64,000 bases of DNA from Thalassobaculaceae bacterium (GCA_965228875.1 OZ245843.1:2710616-2774615); one strand, 5' to 3'; numbered from the stretch's first letter, positions 47,319 to 56,842 are shown. A program made the numbers and translations. The notes: generated by a model from the sequence alone, not told the origin.

Positions 47319-48983
47319 TCACCCCGCCGGCACCCGGTAGATCGTGATGTCGATCTCCCGGCCGCGCGAGTAGTTCAGCCCCCGCACCCTGCCTCTCGGC
47401 TCGACCGTCAGGCCGCGGACCACGACAGCGGCGAGAAACGCCTCCTGCTGGCGGGCCTCGACGACCGCTACCGAGCACTCGGGTTCCGCCACCAAGACAT
47501 CGGCGGCACCCGCCGCGTCGCTCAGCCGCGTGCCGGTGCCATGGACGAACACCATGCTCGGCTCCGAGAATCCGGCGGTGACGAGAACCCGGTCGGCGCA
47601 GCGCGTCGCCTCTGCGACGGCCGGGATCAGCGACCGGGCGATCCACAACCGGTCGAGGGACGGGGCCACGACCGCGAAGGTCAGCCCGTAGAAGACGCAG
47701 ACGCCGACGGCGAGATGGACCAGCCGGGCGAGGGACATGGCCTGAACGAAGCGCACCATCAGCACGGCCGCCGCGAGGCCGGCGCCGCTGGCGACGAGGG
47801 ACGCCGCCGACACGGCGCCGGTCAGATGGATCACCGCACCGACGGGCACCGCCGCCAGCACCAGACTGACCGCGACGGCCAGACCTGAGACGGCCCGGTG
47901 GGCGACCCGCGCGCGGCCGGCGGCAACCAGCTCCGTCGCGGCCGTCAGGAACAGCCCGGCGAGGACGGCGATCGCCGGATAGACGGGATAGGTGTAGTGC
48001 GGCAGCTTGGTCGCCACCGCCTCGAACACGAGGAAGGTCGGCACGATCCAGCAGATCAGGAACCGGATATCGGCCTCGCGGCGGCGGGTCCAGGCGAGGG
48101 CTGCCGCACCGGCGGCCAGCGCCGCGCCCGGCCAGAAGACCGCGAGGAAGACGAGGCTGTGATAGCCCGGCGGCGCGCCGTGGGCATCGTCGCCCTTGGC
48201 CACCTTGCCGAGCAGGGCGTGACCGACGGCCTCTTCCAGGAAAGCGGGGCCGACCTTCAGGGTGATGGCCACCAGCCACGGCGCCACCACGGCGACGGTG
48301 AGCACCAGTCCGGGCAGCCAGTGCAGCCGGCGCAGCAGCTCCCGGTCGCGGTTCCACAGACACCAGGCGAGGATCGTCGCTCCCGCCACCAGGGTGACGA
48401 TCGGCCCCTTTATGAGCACGCCGATCCCGTGGAACAGCCAGAACGCCGCCGGCGAGCGCCATCCGCCGGCAAGGAAGCCGGGGCGTTCCGCGCTTGTGGT
48501 GACGCGATGCAGGGCGATCTGCATCGCCAGGATCGCGGCGACCAGCAGGGCGTCGGTCTTGGCCGTCCGCGCCTCAACCCCAGTGATCAGCGCCAGTGCC
48601 ATGACGATACCCGCCGCCACCCCGGCATAGGCCCCGCCAAGGCCGGCGGCGAACCAGGCGGTCATCGCGACGATGGCGAGAGCGCCTATCAGAGACGGCA
48701 GGCGGTAGGCCCAGATCCCCGCCTCGGACCCGCCGCCGACAAGCGCCGCGCTTGCCGCCTGCAGCCAGTAGGTCCCGATCGGCTTGACGTGGCGGGGCAC
48801 GTCCTGGAAACGGATGTCGACGAAGTCGCCCGTCTCGAGCATCTGGCGCGAGGCTTGGGCATAGCGTGCCTCGTCGCGGTCCATGGCCGGGATCTGGAAC
48901 TGACCCGGCACCAGAGCGGCGAGCGCGACCGCCAGGACAAGAAGCCACTGACGCACCGAGAGCGAGCGGTCGGAGGCCGTCAT
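47319..48983 (-). CDS. ArnT-like GT-C fold glycosyltransferase (polyprenyl-phosphate sugar donor)
   Basis: DRDEARYAQASRQMLE.GD, KP...YWLQ, YRLPS, KGP, TKLPHY; multiple TM segments. Confidence 0.9.
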   Translation of the reverse strand: MTASDRSLSVRQWLLVLAVALAALVPGQFQIPAMDRDEARYAQASRQMLETGDFVDIRFQDVPRHVKPIGTYWLQAASAALVGGGSEAGIWAYRLPSLIGALAIVAMTAWFAAGLGGAYAGVAAGIVMALALITGVEARTAKTDALLVAAILAMQIALHRVTTSAERPGFLAGGWRSPAAFWLFHGIGVLIKGPIVTLVAGATILAWCLWNRDRELLRRLHWLPGLVLTVAVVAPWLVAITLKVGPAFLEEAVGHALLGKVAKGDDAHGAPPGYHSLVFLAVFWPGAALAAGAAALAWTRRREADIRFLICWIVPTFLVFEAVATKLPHYTYPVYPAIAVLAGLFLTAATELVAAGRARVAHRAVSGLAVAVSLVLAAVPVGAVIHLTGAVSAASLVASGAGLAAAVLMVRFVQAMSLARLVHLAVGVCVFYGLTFAVVAPSLDRLWIARSLIPAVAEATRCADRVLVTAGFSEPSMVFVHGTGTRLSDAAGAADVLVAEPECSVAVVEARQQEAFLAAVVVRGLTVEPRGRVRGLNYSRGREIDITIYRVPAG

Positions 48984-49741
48984 GGCGCGCGGTCCGCCTC
49001 GGGGATGGGATTGACTCCCAGGGTCGAGCGGCGCAGCAGCCAGACAACGCCGAACAGGTCGACGATGCCGACCAGGGCCCGGCCGATATTGGTGTACTTG
49101 GACTGCCCGGCGGCGCGCGGCCGGTCGTCGACCGACACATGGATGGTCTCGAAGCCGTAGCGCCGGGTCAGCGCCGGCAGGAAACGGTGCAGGCTGTCGA
49201 AGAACGGCAGGGCCAGGAACAGCGGCCTTGGAATCACCTTCAGGCCGCAGGCGGTGTCCGGACAGTCGTCGCGCAACGCCCAGCGTCGCACCCCGTTGCC
49301 GATCCGCGACGCGATCAGCCGGCCGACCCCGGCGGTGCGCCGTCGGCGGATACCGGCAACGAGCCCGACCCTGCCGACCTTGCCCGCATCGATCTTCGCC
49401 GCCATGGCCACCAGGTCCGCCGGATCGTTCTCGCCGTCGCCGTCGATCGTCCCCATCCACAGCGCCGACGCCGCCCGCGCGCCAGTGCGCAGGGCCGCGC
49501 TCTTGCCCGAACGGGCGGCATGGCGGATCAGGGTTACCCGGCTGTCTTCGACTGCGAGGTCGGCGACGATGGCATCGGTCCCATCGCGGCTGCCGTCATC
49601 GACCACCACGACCTCGACCCGATAGGCGGCGCCAACGGTGTCCAGGATCTCCCGCAGCAACGGGGCGATCGCGCCAGCCTCGTCGCAGACGGGAACGATG
49701 ACGCTGAAGGCGGGAAGGTCGGAGGGCTCTGAATCGGACAT
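48980..49741 (-). CDS. GT2 polyprenyl-phosphate glycosyltransferase
   Basis: SVIVPV.DE, VDDGSRD, DGDGENDP, DTACGLK, HRFLP, R..G.SKY; ATGA overlap with the ArnT-like gene. Confidence 0.9.
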   Translation of the reverse strand: MSDSEPSDLPAFSVIVPVCDEAGAIAPLLREILDTVGAAYRVEVVVVDDGSRDGTDAIVADLAVEDSRVTLIRHAARSGKSAALRTGARAASALWMGTIDGDGENDPADLVAMAAKIDAGKVGRVGLVAGIRRRRTAGVGRLIASRIGNGVRRWALRDDCPDTACGLKVIPRPLFLALPFFDSLHRFLPALTRRYGFETIHVSVDDRPRAAGQSKYTNIGRALVGIVDLFGVVWLLRRSTLGVNPIPEADRAP

Positions 49742-49817
49742 CGGCCGGTCGTGCGGTCTGTTTCGGCGCTCCTCCTACCAGATACGGGCGGCCAAGGCGA
49801 CGGTGAAGGCCGGCGCC

Positions 49818-50849
49818 TCAGCCCGCCTCGCCCCGCAGCCGGCGGAACAGCGCCTGATAGTTGGCGACGCAGGCCTCGCGGGTGAAGTCGGCTCCGTGAC
49901 GCGCGGTACCGCCGGCGACCAGACGCCCGGCCAGCCCGGACTCCTCGATCACCCGGAGCAGTGCCTCGCGCAGCGGGGCCACCTCGCCCTTCGGCACGAT
50001 CAGGCCGTCCTCGCCGTCGCGCACGAACTCGCCTGGCCCGTCAGCATCGGTCGCCACCAGCGGCTTGCCGTAGGCCCAGGCCTCCAGCGTCACCGTACCG
50101 AACGGCTCGTGCCGCGAGGGAAAGGCGACGATGTCGCAGCTTCGGAAGAATGCGCCGGTGTCCCGGCGCCAGCCGAGAAAACGGACCCGGTCTGCGATAC
50201 CGAGCTCGGCGGCGAGCGCCTTCAGCGCCTCCTCCTCCGGCCCGCTGCCGGCGACCCAGAGATGGACCTGGGGCAGGTCGACGACGGCGCGCATCAGCAC
50301 GTCGAACCCCTTCACCCGATGCAGGCGCGACGGGGTGAACACGACGGTCGCCCCGTCCGGCACGCCGAGTGCCGCGCGGTCGGCGGCGGGACTGTCGTCG
50401 CACTCGGCGAAGTTGGCGATCATGCTGCAGCGCTCTTCGGGCCAGCCATGCGCGATCACGTGGCGTCGGATCCCCTCGCTGATGCAGATCAGGTGATCGC
50501 ACTTGCGGAAGTACTTGAGGTCGTAGAAACCGCCGAGACGGGCGGCCTTGAGGTGCGGCCCCTGCGGCATCCACCAGCTGGCCCGGCTCATATACGAGAG
50601 CACGACGTCCGGCCGGAACTCGGAGACGACGCGGCGCAGGGCAGGCGCGGTGCGCAGGTCGAACCACGACCCGAACGGTGCTTCCGACACCGGCACGCCG
50701 CCCGCCTCCAGGTCGGCGCGGCGCGGCGGGTTCGCCCGGATGACTGCGCGCGACTCCTCGCCGGCGACGGCAAGCGCCTTGGCCAGGGTGACGAAGAACG
50801 TCTCGGCCCCGCCATTGGCGGCGCCGGCGAGGGTGGAGAGAATGCGCAA
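49818..50849 (-). CDS. GT4 family glycosyltransferase
   Basis: GGAETFF, RLH..KG.D, FLGWR, PSRHEPFG...LEAW; probable TTG start at 50849. Confidence 0.88.
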   Translation of the reverse strand: MRILSTLAGAANGGAETFFVTLAKALAVAGEESRAVIRANPPRRADLEAGGVPVSEAPFGSWFDLRTAPALRRVVSEFRPDVVLSYMSRASWWMPQGPHLKAARLGGFYDLKYFRKCDHLICISEGIRRHVIAHGWPEERCSMIANFAECDDSPAADRAALGVPDGATVVFTPSRLHRVKGFDVLMRAVVDLPQVHLWVAGSGPEEEALKALAAELGIADRVRFLGWRRDTGAFFRSCDIVAFPSRHEPFGTVTLEAWAYGKPLVATDADGPGEFVRDGEDGLIVPKGEVAPLREALLRVIEESGLAGRLVAGGTARHGADFTREACVANYQALFRRLRGEAG

Positions 50850-50945
50850 GGGGCTGGGTCCGCGTGGGTGACGTCGACCCGCACTATGCCGCCGGGCGCA
50901 GCGACGGCACAAGGTCGATGGCCCGCACCGGTCGCTCGTGGCTCC

Positions 50946-52010
50946 TCAGCTGCGCAGCCGGGCGATCGTCGCGTCGGTCTCGCGCACCAGTCGGGCCATC
51001 AGGTCCCCCGCGCTTTGCCGACGGGCCATCGCCACCCCCTGCCCGGCCCAGAGCGACAGATAGTCGGCCTTGCCCGCGGCGGCCGCCGCGGCCCGCATCG
51101 GCCGGGTCAGCGCGTTCTGGATCGGAAAGGGCAGCGGATCGTGATCGGCCATCTCGGTCAGGAAGCGGTTGCGCACGCCGCGCGCCATGCGCCCGGAGAA
51201 CGCACGGGTCAGCGCGGTGTCGGTCTCGTCGGCCGCCAGCAGCGCCTCCTGGTAGGCGGGCGGCACGCCCGCCTCCTCGCAGGTGAGGAACGCGGTCCCC
51301 ATCTGTACCGCGCTGGCGCCAAGCGCCAGGGCCGCGGCGATGCCGCGACCGTCCATGATGCCGCCGGAGGCCACGACCGGCACTTCCACGGCGTCGACCA
51401 CCTGCGGCACCAGCGCCATGGTGCCGACCAGTGACCTCTCGGCCGGTTCGGCGAAGGTGCCGCGATGGCCGCCGGCCTCGCTGCCTTGGGCGACCACGGC
51501 ATCGACCCCGGCCCGCTCCAGCGCCACCGCCTCGGCCACCGTGGTCGCCGTGCCCATGACCACCATGCCGCGCTGTCTGGCTGCGTCCAGCGCCTCGGGC
51601 GGCACTATGCCGAACGTGAAGCTGAACACCTTGGCCCCGCTTTCCAGCGCGACCGGGAACCGCGCCTCGAACGGATCCCTGAGGTCGGACGGCAGCGACG
51701 GGGCGTCGAGGCCCAGGTCCCGGTGATATGCCGCCATCCGTTCGACCTCGGCCTCCGCGTCGTCCGGAACATCGGGCACCGGCAGCGGCGCGAACAGGTT
51801 GATCCCAAACGCCCGGTTGGTGCGACACCGCACGGCGGCCGCCGCTTCCGCCATCTTTTCCACCGCCAGGTAGGTGGTGCCCATCGTTCCCAGCCCGCCG
51901 GCCTCCGCCACCGCGGCGGCGAGCGCCGGCGAGTCGGCGCCGGCCATCGGTGCCTGTATGATCGGGTGATCCATCCCCAGGCGCTCCATCAGCGCATTCC
52001 GTACGGCCAC
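50946..52010 (-). CDS. Nitronate monooxygenase family flavoprotein
   Basis: PIIQAPMAG, QGSEAGGHRGTF, SGGIMDG, QMGTAFL, SGR.ARG, LWAGQ. Confidence 0.92.
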   Translation of the reverse strand: MAVRNALMERLGMDHPIIQAPMAGADSPALAAAVAEAGGLGTMGTTYLAVEKMAEAAAAVRCRTNRAFGINLFAPLPVPDVPDDAEAEVERMAAYHRDLGLDAPSLPSDLRDPFEARFPVALESGAKVFSFTFGIVPPEALDAARQRGMVVMGTATTVAEAVALERAGVDAVVAQGSEAGGHRGTFAEPAERSLVGTMALVPQVVDAVEVPVVASGGIMDGRGIAAALALGASAVQMGTAFLTCEEAGVPPAYQEALLAADETDTALTRAFSGRMARGVRNRFLTEMADHDPLPFPIQNALTRPMRAAAAAAGKADYLSLWAGQGVAMARRQSAGDLMARLVRETDATIARLRS

Positions 52011-52074
52011 GGCACCCTCCCTCTCGGTTTCCCGGCGACGTTAGTCATCCCGAGCTGTCACAAAAAGCGGTTTG

Positions 52075-52103
52075 ATTTGATAGCCGCGATCAAATGAGGT
52101 GAT
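52075..52103. promoter_or_regulatory. LysR-type operator upstream of the NMO gene
   Basis: ATCA-N7-TGAT (T-N11-A core) at 52089-52103, overlapping ATTTGAT-N7-ATCAAAT. Confidence 0.5.
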
Positions 52104-52105
52104 AC

Positions 52106-52990
52106 CTACTCCGCCACCGCCGCCAGCACCGGTGCCGTGACCGCATCGATGAGGGCCTCGGCGGCACTGCTGCGATGCACGTCTCTGCGGCGGATGAACA
52201 GGGTGTCGACCATGCCCTCCTCCGGCGCCAGCGCGTGCAGGTCTATCCGCCCCTCCTCCGCCGCCGCGGCGACGATCCCGCGCGGCATCAGGGTAGCGCC
52301 GAGGCCGGCGGCGACACAGCCGACGATCGCCTCGATGGTGCCGAACTCCAGATGGCGCAGGCCGACGACGCCCCGGCGTCTCAGGATCTCCTCCAGGCGC
52401 TGGCGGTAGGAACAGCCGGCCCGCAGCACGACGATCCGGACCTCCGGGCGCCGCGCCAGCTCGGCGATCGAGCCAAGCCCCGGGGGAGTGGCCAGGACAA
52501 GCTCCTCCCGGAACGCCGGCCTGTCCTCCAGTTCGGAGTGAGCCACCGGTCCGCAGACGAAAGCGCCTTCCAACTCGCCATTCAGAACCCGCTCGATCAA
52601 CTCAGCCGTGGTGCCGGTCCGCAGCACCAGGTCGACCCGCGGATGGCCGGCCACAAAGGACGCCAGCGGGCGGGACAGGCGCAGCGCCGCCGTGGTGTCC
52701 AGCGCGCCGACGACAAGCGGGCCCGACGGGACTCCCTCGTCGCGCGCCGCCCGCCGCGCATCCGCCAGCAGCATGGCCGCCCGGCGGGCGTAGGGCAGCA
52801 GCCGCTCGCCGGCGGGCGTGATGGTCACGCCCCGGCTGTGCCGGTCGAACAGCCGCACCGACAGGTCGTCCTCGAGCGAACGGATCCGGGCGGTGACGTT
52901 CGACTGCACCGTCGCCAGTTCCTCTGCCGCCCGCTTCATGCCGCCACGGCGTGCCACCGCCTCGAAAACCTTCAGGTCGTGGACGTCCAT
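52106..52990 (-). CDS. LysR family transcriptional regulator
   Basis: F.AVAR.G....AA.EL..VQSNVT.RI..LE HTH and substrate-binding domain; ATG 52990 with GGAGAGG RBS. Confidence 0.95.
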   Translation of the reverse strand: MDVHDLKVFEAVARRGGMKRAAEELATVQSNVTARIRSLEDDLSVRLFDRHSRGVTITPAGERLLPYARRAAMLLADARRAARDEGVPSGPLVVGALDTTAALRLSRPLASFVAGHPRVDLVLRTGTTAELIERVLNGELEGAFVCGPVAHSELEDRPAFREELVLATPPGLGSIAELARRPEVRIVVLRAGCSYRQRLEEILRRRGVVGLRHLEFGTIEAIVGCVAAGLGATLMPRGIVAAAAEEGRIDLHALAPEEGMVDTLFIRRRDVHRSSAAEALIDAVTAPVLAAVAE

Positions 52991-53033
52991 CACCCTCTCC
53001 AAGCACCACGAACGATCGATCAAACCGACAGAG

Positions 53034-53048
53034 ATCTTACACAACGAT
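53034..53048. promoter_or_regulatory. LysR-type box upstream of the LysR gene
   Basis: ATC-TTACACAAC-GAT (ATC-N9-GAT), the same geometry as the box before the NMO gene. Confidence 0.4.
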
Positions 53049-53115
53049 ATCGAAAGCGGGCAGGCGTCACACGAATCGGATAGTCTCCCGCGATCCAAAC
53101 GGCGGGAGGCCGGCT

Positions 53116-53304
53116 ATGCGGCTGGACGATACGGTGACGGTGGAGTGCACGGACACCGACCAGAAGATGGACGGTCAGATCGTGCGGATGCAGGGCGACC
53201 GGGTCGACGTCATGGTCTCGGGCCTGATCCTGACGCTACGGCGGACCAAGCCGGGCCTGTATGTCGGCAGCCGCAGCGGGATGGAGTTCGTCGTCCGGGC
53301 CTGA
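53116..53304 (+). CDS. Small hypothetical beta-rich protein (62 aa)
   Basis: GGGAGG RBS, ATG 53116, high GC3; MRLDDTVTVECTDTD...YVGSRSGMEFVV. Confidence 0.7.
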   Translation: MRLDDTVTVECTDTDQKMDGQIVRMQGDRVDVMVSGLILTLRRTKPGLYVGSRSGMEFVVRA

Positions 53305-53345
53305 CGGTCGGCGGCCGAGGGCTCGGTGACGGCGCCGGAGCCGCG

Positions 53346-54293
53346 CTACGCCGCGTCGCGCTCCAGCACGTTTCCACGGCGCACCTCGACCGAGACGTCC
53401 ATGCGGATGAAGGCGTCGGGGGCGCCGAAATAGCTCCCCTGCAACGGGATGGCCTGGCTCGGGTCGCGGGCGACGCCGACGCGGATCAGGTTTTCACCGC
53501 CGATGATGCCGTTGGTCGGATCGTACTCGACCCAGCCGGCACCTGGCAGATAGACCTGGACCCAGGCGTGGGTGGCCCCCGCCCCCTGAACGGTGCCGAG
53601 CCCCTGCGTCGCGACGGAACCGTTCGCGGCCTCGATCGGGGTGACCCCAGTGCCGGCCGGATCGAGCGCCGGATCGAACACGTAGCCGGTGACGAACCGC
53701 GCCGCCAGGCCGAGCGACCGCACCGCCTCCATCATCAGCAGCGCGAAATCACGGCAGGTCCCGCGACGGCGTTCCAGGGTTTCCGCCGGCGTCTGAACGC
53801 CTTCGTCGTCGCGCGGCAGGTACGAGAAGTCGGCGCGCACGCTCTCGGTCATGCGCCGCAGCAGATCCAGGGTCTCGGTCCGTTCGCCGGTGAAGAACGA
53901 TCGGGCCCAGGCCTCGATCGCGCCGTCGTCCGGGTGATGCCGCTCCGCCGAGCGGCCGAGGTCCTGCAGATCCTCGATCGCGTAGGCGAAGGGCAGGTGG
54001 CGGGCATGGTCGGCGATCTCGAAGACCGGGGCGTTGACCGCGTAATGCTCGACCACGATCACGCTCTCGAAATACAGCCGCTCGGCGGGCTCCTCGAAGC
54101 GCGCGACCGCCACCGAGTTCGAGAACACGTCATGCATCCACCAGACCTTTGCCGCCGGCTGGATCAGCAGGCGGCTGTCGACCAGGCGCATGTCATGACT
54201 GTCGCGCGGCCGGAACAGCAGCCTGTGCTCGCCGAAGCGGACGGGTTCGCTGTAGCTGTAGGCGGTGCGGTGGACGATGCTCAGGACCTGCAT
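53346..54293 (-). CDS. Transglutaminase family protein
   Basis: H.T.Y.Y N-terminal domain; GTCRDFA (Cys), ATHAW (His), YDPTN (Asp) triad. Confidence 0.93.
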   Translation of the reverse strand: MQVLSIVHRTAYSYSEPVRFGEHRLLFRPRDSHDMRLVDSRLLIQPAAKVWWMHDVFSNSVAVARFEEPAERLYFESVIVVEHYAVNAPVFEIADHARHLPFAYAIEDLQDLGRSAERHHPDDGAIEAWARSFFTGERTETLDLLRRMTESVRADFSYLPRDDEGVQTPAETLERRRGTCRDFALLMMEAVRSLGLAARFVTGYVFDPALDPAGTGVTPIEAANGSVATQGLGTVQGAGATHAWVQVYLPGAGWVEYDPTNGIIGGENLIRVGVARDPSQAIPLQGSYFGAPDAFIRMDVSVEVRRGNVLERDAA

Positions 54294-54358
54294 TGCAGCC
54301 CCCTCGGGACATGGCGGTGCGCCATGATAGCCGCGAAGCGTGAACGAAGCGTTGCCGA

Positions 54359-55312
54359 CTACTCGGCGGCCTCGGCAAGGCCGAAGAACCGCGTGCTGAG
54401 CGCCCCGCCGAGGCCGAGCAGCCCCGCCTGGATCGCATCCGCGAACCGGTGCAGCCATTCCGGATCGATACGGTCGGTGGGCGTCTGGCCGGAAATCTCG
54501 ATCACCCGTTCAAGCTCGTCGCGCACCGCATCGCCAAGGTCGAGCCCGTGCTCGCTCTCCAGACAGGCCAGATCGTACTTGATCCGGTACAGGCTGAAGC
54601 TGATCGAGCGCGGAAACTCGGAATCGGACATCAGGAAGCGGGCGACGTCGCTGGTGCTCATGCTGCCCGGCCGGGTCCGCCGGTAGGCCTGGTAGCCGGC
54701 GGCGGACCGCAGCAGGGCATTCCACTGGCTGATGTCGATCGGCGAGCCGGGCCCCTCCTCGACGCTCTGAAGCTGACGGTATTTCACGTCGAGCAGGCGC
54801 GAGGTCTGGTCGGCCCGCTCGATATGCCGGCCGAGCTGGTAGAAGCGGTAGGCCTGATCGCGGTACAGGGTGCCCTCGGCGATGCCGGTGTGGGTCTGAC
54901 AGCTGGTCTTGATGAACTCCGCCACCTTGGAAAGCCGGCGCAGGCCGATGTCCCGCCGCTTCAGTTCCTGCACCTCACCGTAGAACGTGTTCAGGTGCGC
55001 CCACAGCTCGGTGCTGATGAGGTGGCGGACCGTGCGCGCATTCTCCCGTGCGTAGCCGATCGAATTGAGGACCGAGGTCGGGCTCTTCGGATCGATCAGA
55101 TAGAAGAACAGGACCGCCGGCGCCGTCGCCTCCTTGTTGCGGGCGAAGAACTCCTCACCGTCGGCGTTGATCCGGATCACCGCCTCCCAGTCGCCGGTGG
55201 CCCGGGGATCGCGGGCGAAGGATCCGTGGATATCCAGCAACCGGGCCAGGTTCTCGGCACGTTCGACGTAGCGACCGAGCCAGTACATGTTCTCTGCGTA
55301 GCGCGACAGCAT
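54359..55312 (-). CDS. Alpha-E domain protein (DUF403)
   Basis: MLSR.A...YWLGRYVERAEN.AR and a second LGRHIERADQT.R ER motif, ARENAR, FPRS. Confidence 0.93.
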   Translation of the reverse strand: MLSRYAENMYWLGRYVERAENLARLLDIHGSFARDPRATGDWEAVIRINADGEEFFARNKEATAPAVLFFYLIDPKSPTSVLNSIGYARENARTVRHLISTELWAHLNTFYGEVQELKRRDIGLRRLSKVAEFIKTSCQTHTGIAEGTLYRDQAYRFYQLGRHIERADQTSRLLDVKYRQLQSVEEGPGSPIDISQWNALLRSAAGYQAYRRTRPGSMSTSDVARFLMSDSEFPRSISFSLYRIKYDLACLESEHGLDLGDAVRDELERVIEISGQTPTDRIDPEWLHRFADAIQAGLLGLGGALSTRFFGLAEAAE

Positions 55313-55316
55313 GGCG

Positions 55317-56759
55317 TTACTCCAGAACCCAGGTGTCTTTCGACCCGCCGCCCTGGGACGAGTTCACAACCAGCGAGCCCTTCTTCAGCGCCACCCGTGT
55401 CAGGCCGCCCGGCAGCACCCAGGTCGACTTGCCGGTGACGCAGAACGGCCGCAGGTCGACATGGCGCGGCTCGACCTTGCCGCCGATCAGGGTCGGCGAC
55501 ACCGACAGCTCGACCATCGGCTGGGAGATGTAGTTCGCGGGGTCCTTCTCGATCGCCTTGCGGGTCGCCTCCAGCTCGCGGGCCGAGGCGCGCGGGCCGA
55601 TGACCACACCGTAGCCGCCGGCCTCGCCGACCGGCTTGGTGACCAGCTTGTCGAGGTTGTCGAGCGTGTACTGCAGCCCGTCCTTCTCCCGGCACAGGTT
55701 GGTCGGCACGTTCGGTAGGATCGCGTCCTGGTCCAGGTAATAGCGGATCAGCCGAGGCATGTAGGCGTAGACGCCCTTGTCGTCGGCGACGCCGGTGCCG
55801 ACCGCGTTGGCGATGGTCACGTTGCCCTTGGCATAGGCTCGCATCAGCCCCGGCACGCCGAGCATGCTGTCGGGCCGGAACACCTCGGGGTCGAGGAAGT
55901 CGTCGTTGATGCGCCGGTAGATCACATGCACCGGCATCAGGCCGCCGGTGGTGCGCATCTTAACCCGGTCGTCCTCGACGACCAGGTCCTGCCCGGTGAC
56001 CAGGGGAATCCCCATCTCCCGGGCGAGGAAGACATGCTCGAAATAGGCGGAGTTGAACGGTCCCGGAGACAACAGGACGACCTGGGGATCGGCCACGCCC
56101 TTCGGCGCGGCCTCGCACAGCGCCGTCTGCAGGCGCATTCCGTAGTCCAGCACCGGCATCACGTTCATGCCTTCGAACAGATGCGGCATGGTGCGCCGCA
56201 TGAGCTGACGGTTCTCGACGACGTAGGACACGCCGGACGGGCTGCGGGCATTGTCCTCCAGGACAACGAAGCCTCCGTCGCCGCCACGCACCACATCGAC
56301 GCCGCAGACGTTGACGTAGCTGTTCTCGGGCACCTTGAGGCCGACCATCTCCGGGCGGTAGTTCGGATTCTTCAGCACCAGATCGGCCGGCAGAACCCCG
56401 TCCTTGATGACTTTCTGCTCGCCGTAGATATCCGCCAGCAGCAGGTTCAGCGCCTGCACACGCTGTATCGAACCGCTCTCGATCGCGCGCCAGTCGGCGG
56501 GGGTCAGCACCCGAGGGATCAGGTCGAAGGGCAGCACCCGGTCGACCGAGGACCCTTCGTGATAGAGGGTGAAGGTGATTCCGAGGTTGTAGAGTTCGCG
56601 ATCGACCGCCTTCGACAGGCGGGTCAGCTCCTTGGGGGCCGTCGCGTTCAGGCGTTTGAGCAGCCCCGACAGGACCTTCTGTCGGTCCGCATCGCCCTGA
56701 TACTCGCAGAAGAACCCTTCCGGATCGTAGTCTTCCAGCAGTCGGTGCCGTGTGCGGAT
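55317..56759 (-). CDS. Circularly permuted type 2 ATP-grasp protein
   Basis: GITF, PFDLIPR, VLEDNARSPSGVSY, SAYFEH, YRRINDDFLDP, GTGVADDK, RHVDLRPF, VVNSSQGGGSKDTW; start tentatively placed at ATC 56759 after GGGAGG. Confidence 0.9.
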   Translation of the reverse strand: MRTRHRLLEDYDPEGFFCEYQGDADRQKVLSGLLKRLNATAPKELTRLSKAVDRELYNLGITFTLYHEGSSVDRVLPFDLIPRVLTPADWRAIESGSIQRVQALNLLLADIYGEQKVIKDGVLPADLVLKNPNYRPEMVGLKVPENSYVNVCGVDVVRGGDGGFVVLEDNARSPSGVSYVVENRQLMRRTMPHLFEGMNVMPVLDYGMRLQTALCEAAPKGVADPQVVLLSPGPFNSAYFEHVFLAREMGIPLVTGQDLVVEDDRVKMRTTGGLMPVHVIYRRINDDFLDPEVFRPDSMLGVPGLMRAYAKGNVTIANAVGTGVADDKGVYAYMPRLIRYYLDQDAILPNVPTNLCREKDGLQYTLDNLDKLVTKPVGEAGGYGVVIGPRASARELEATRKAIEKDPANYISQPMVELSVSPTLIGGKVEPRHVDLRPFCVTGKSTWVLPGGLTRVALKKGSLVVNSSQGGGSKDTWVLE

Positions 56760-56842
56760 CGCCGCCTCCCGTGCATCAACAATATCGCTGCAATAGCATT
56801 AACAATTGCCTTAGTGCAGCGCAACGTCCTGCGCGAGCCGGG

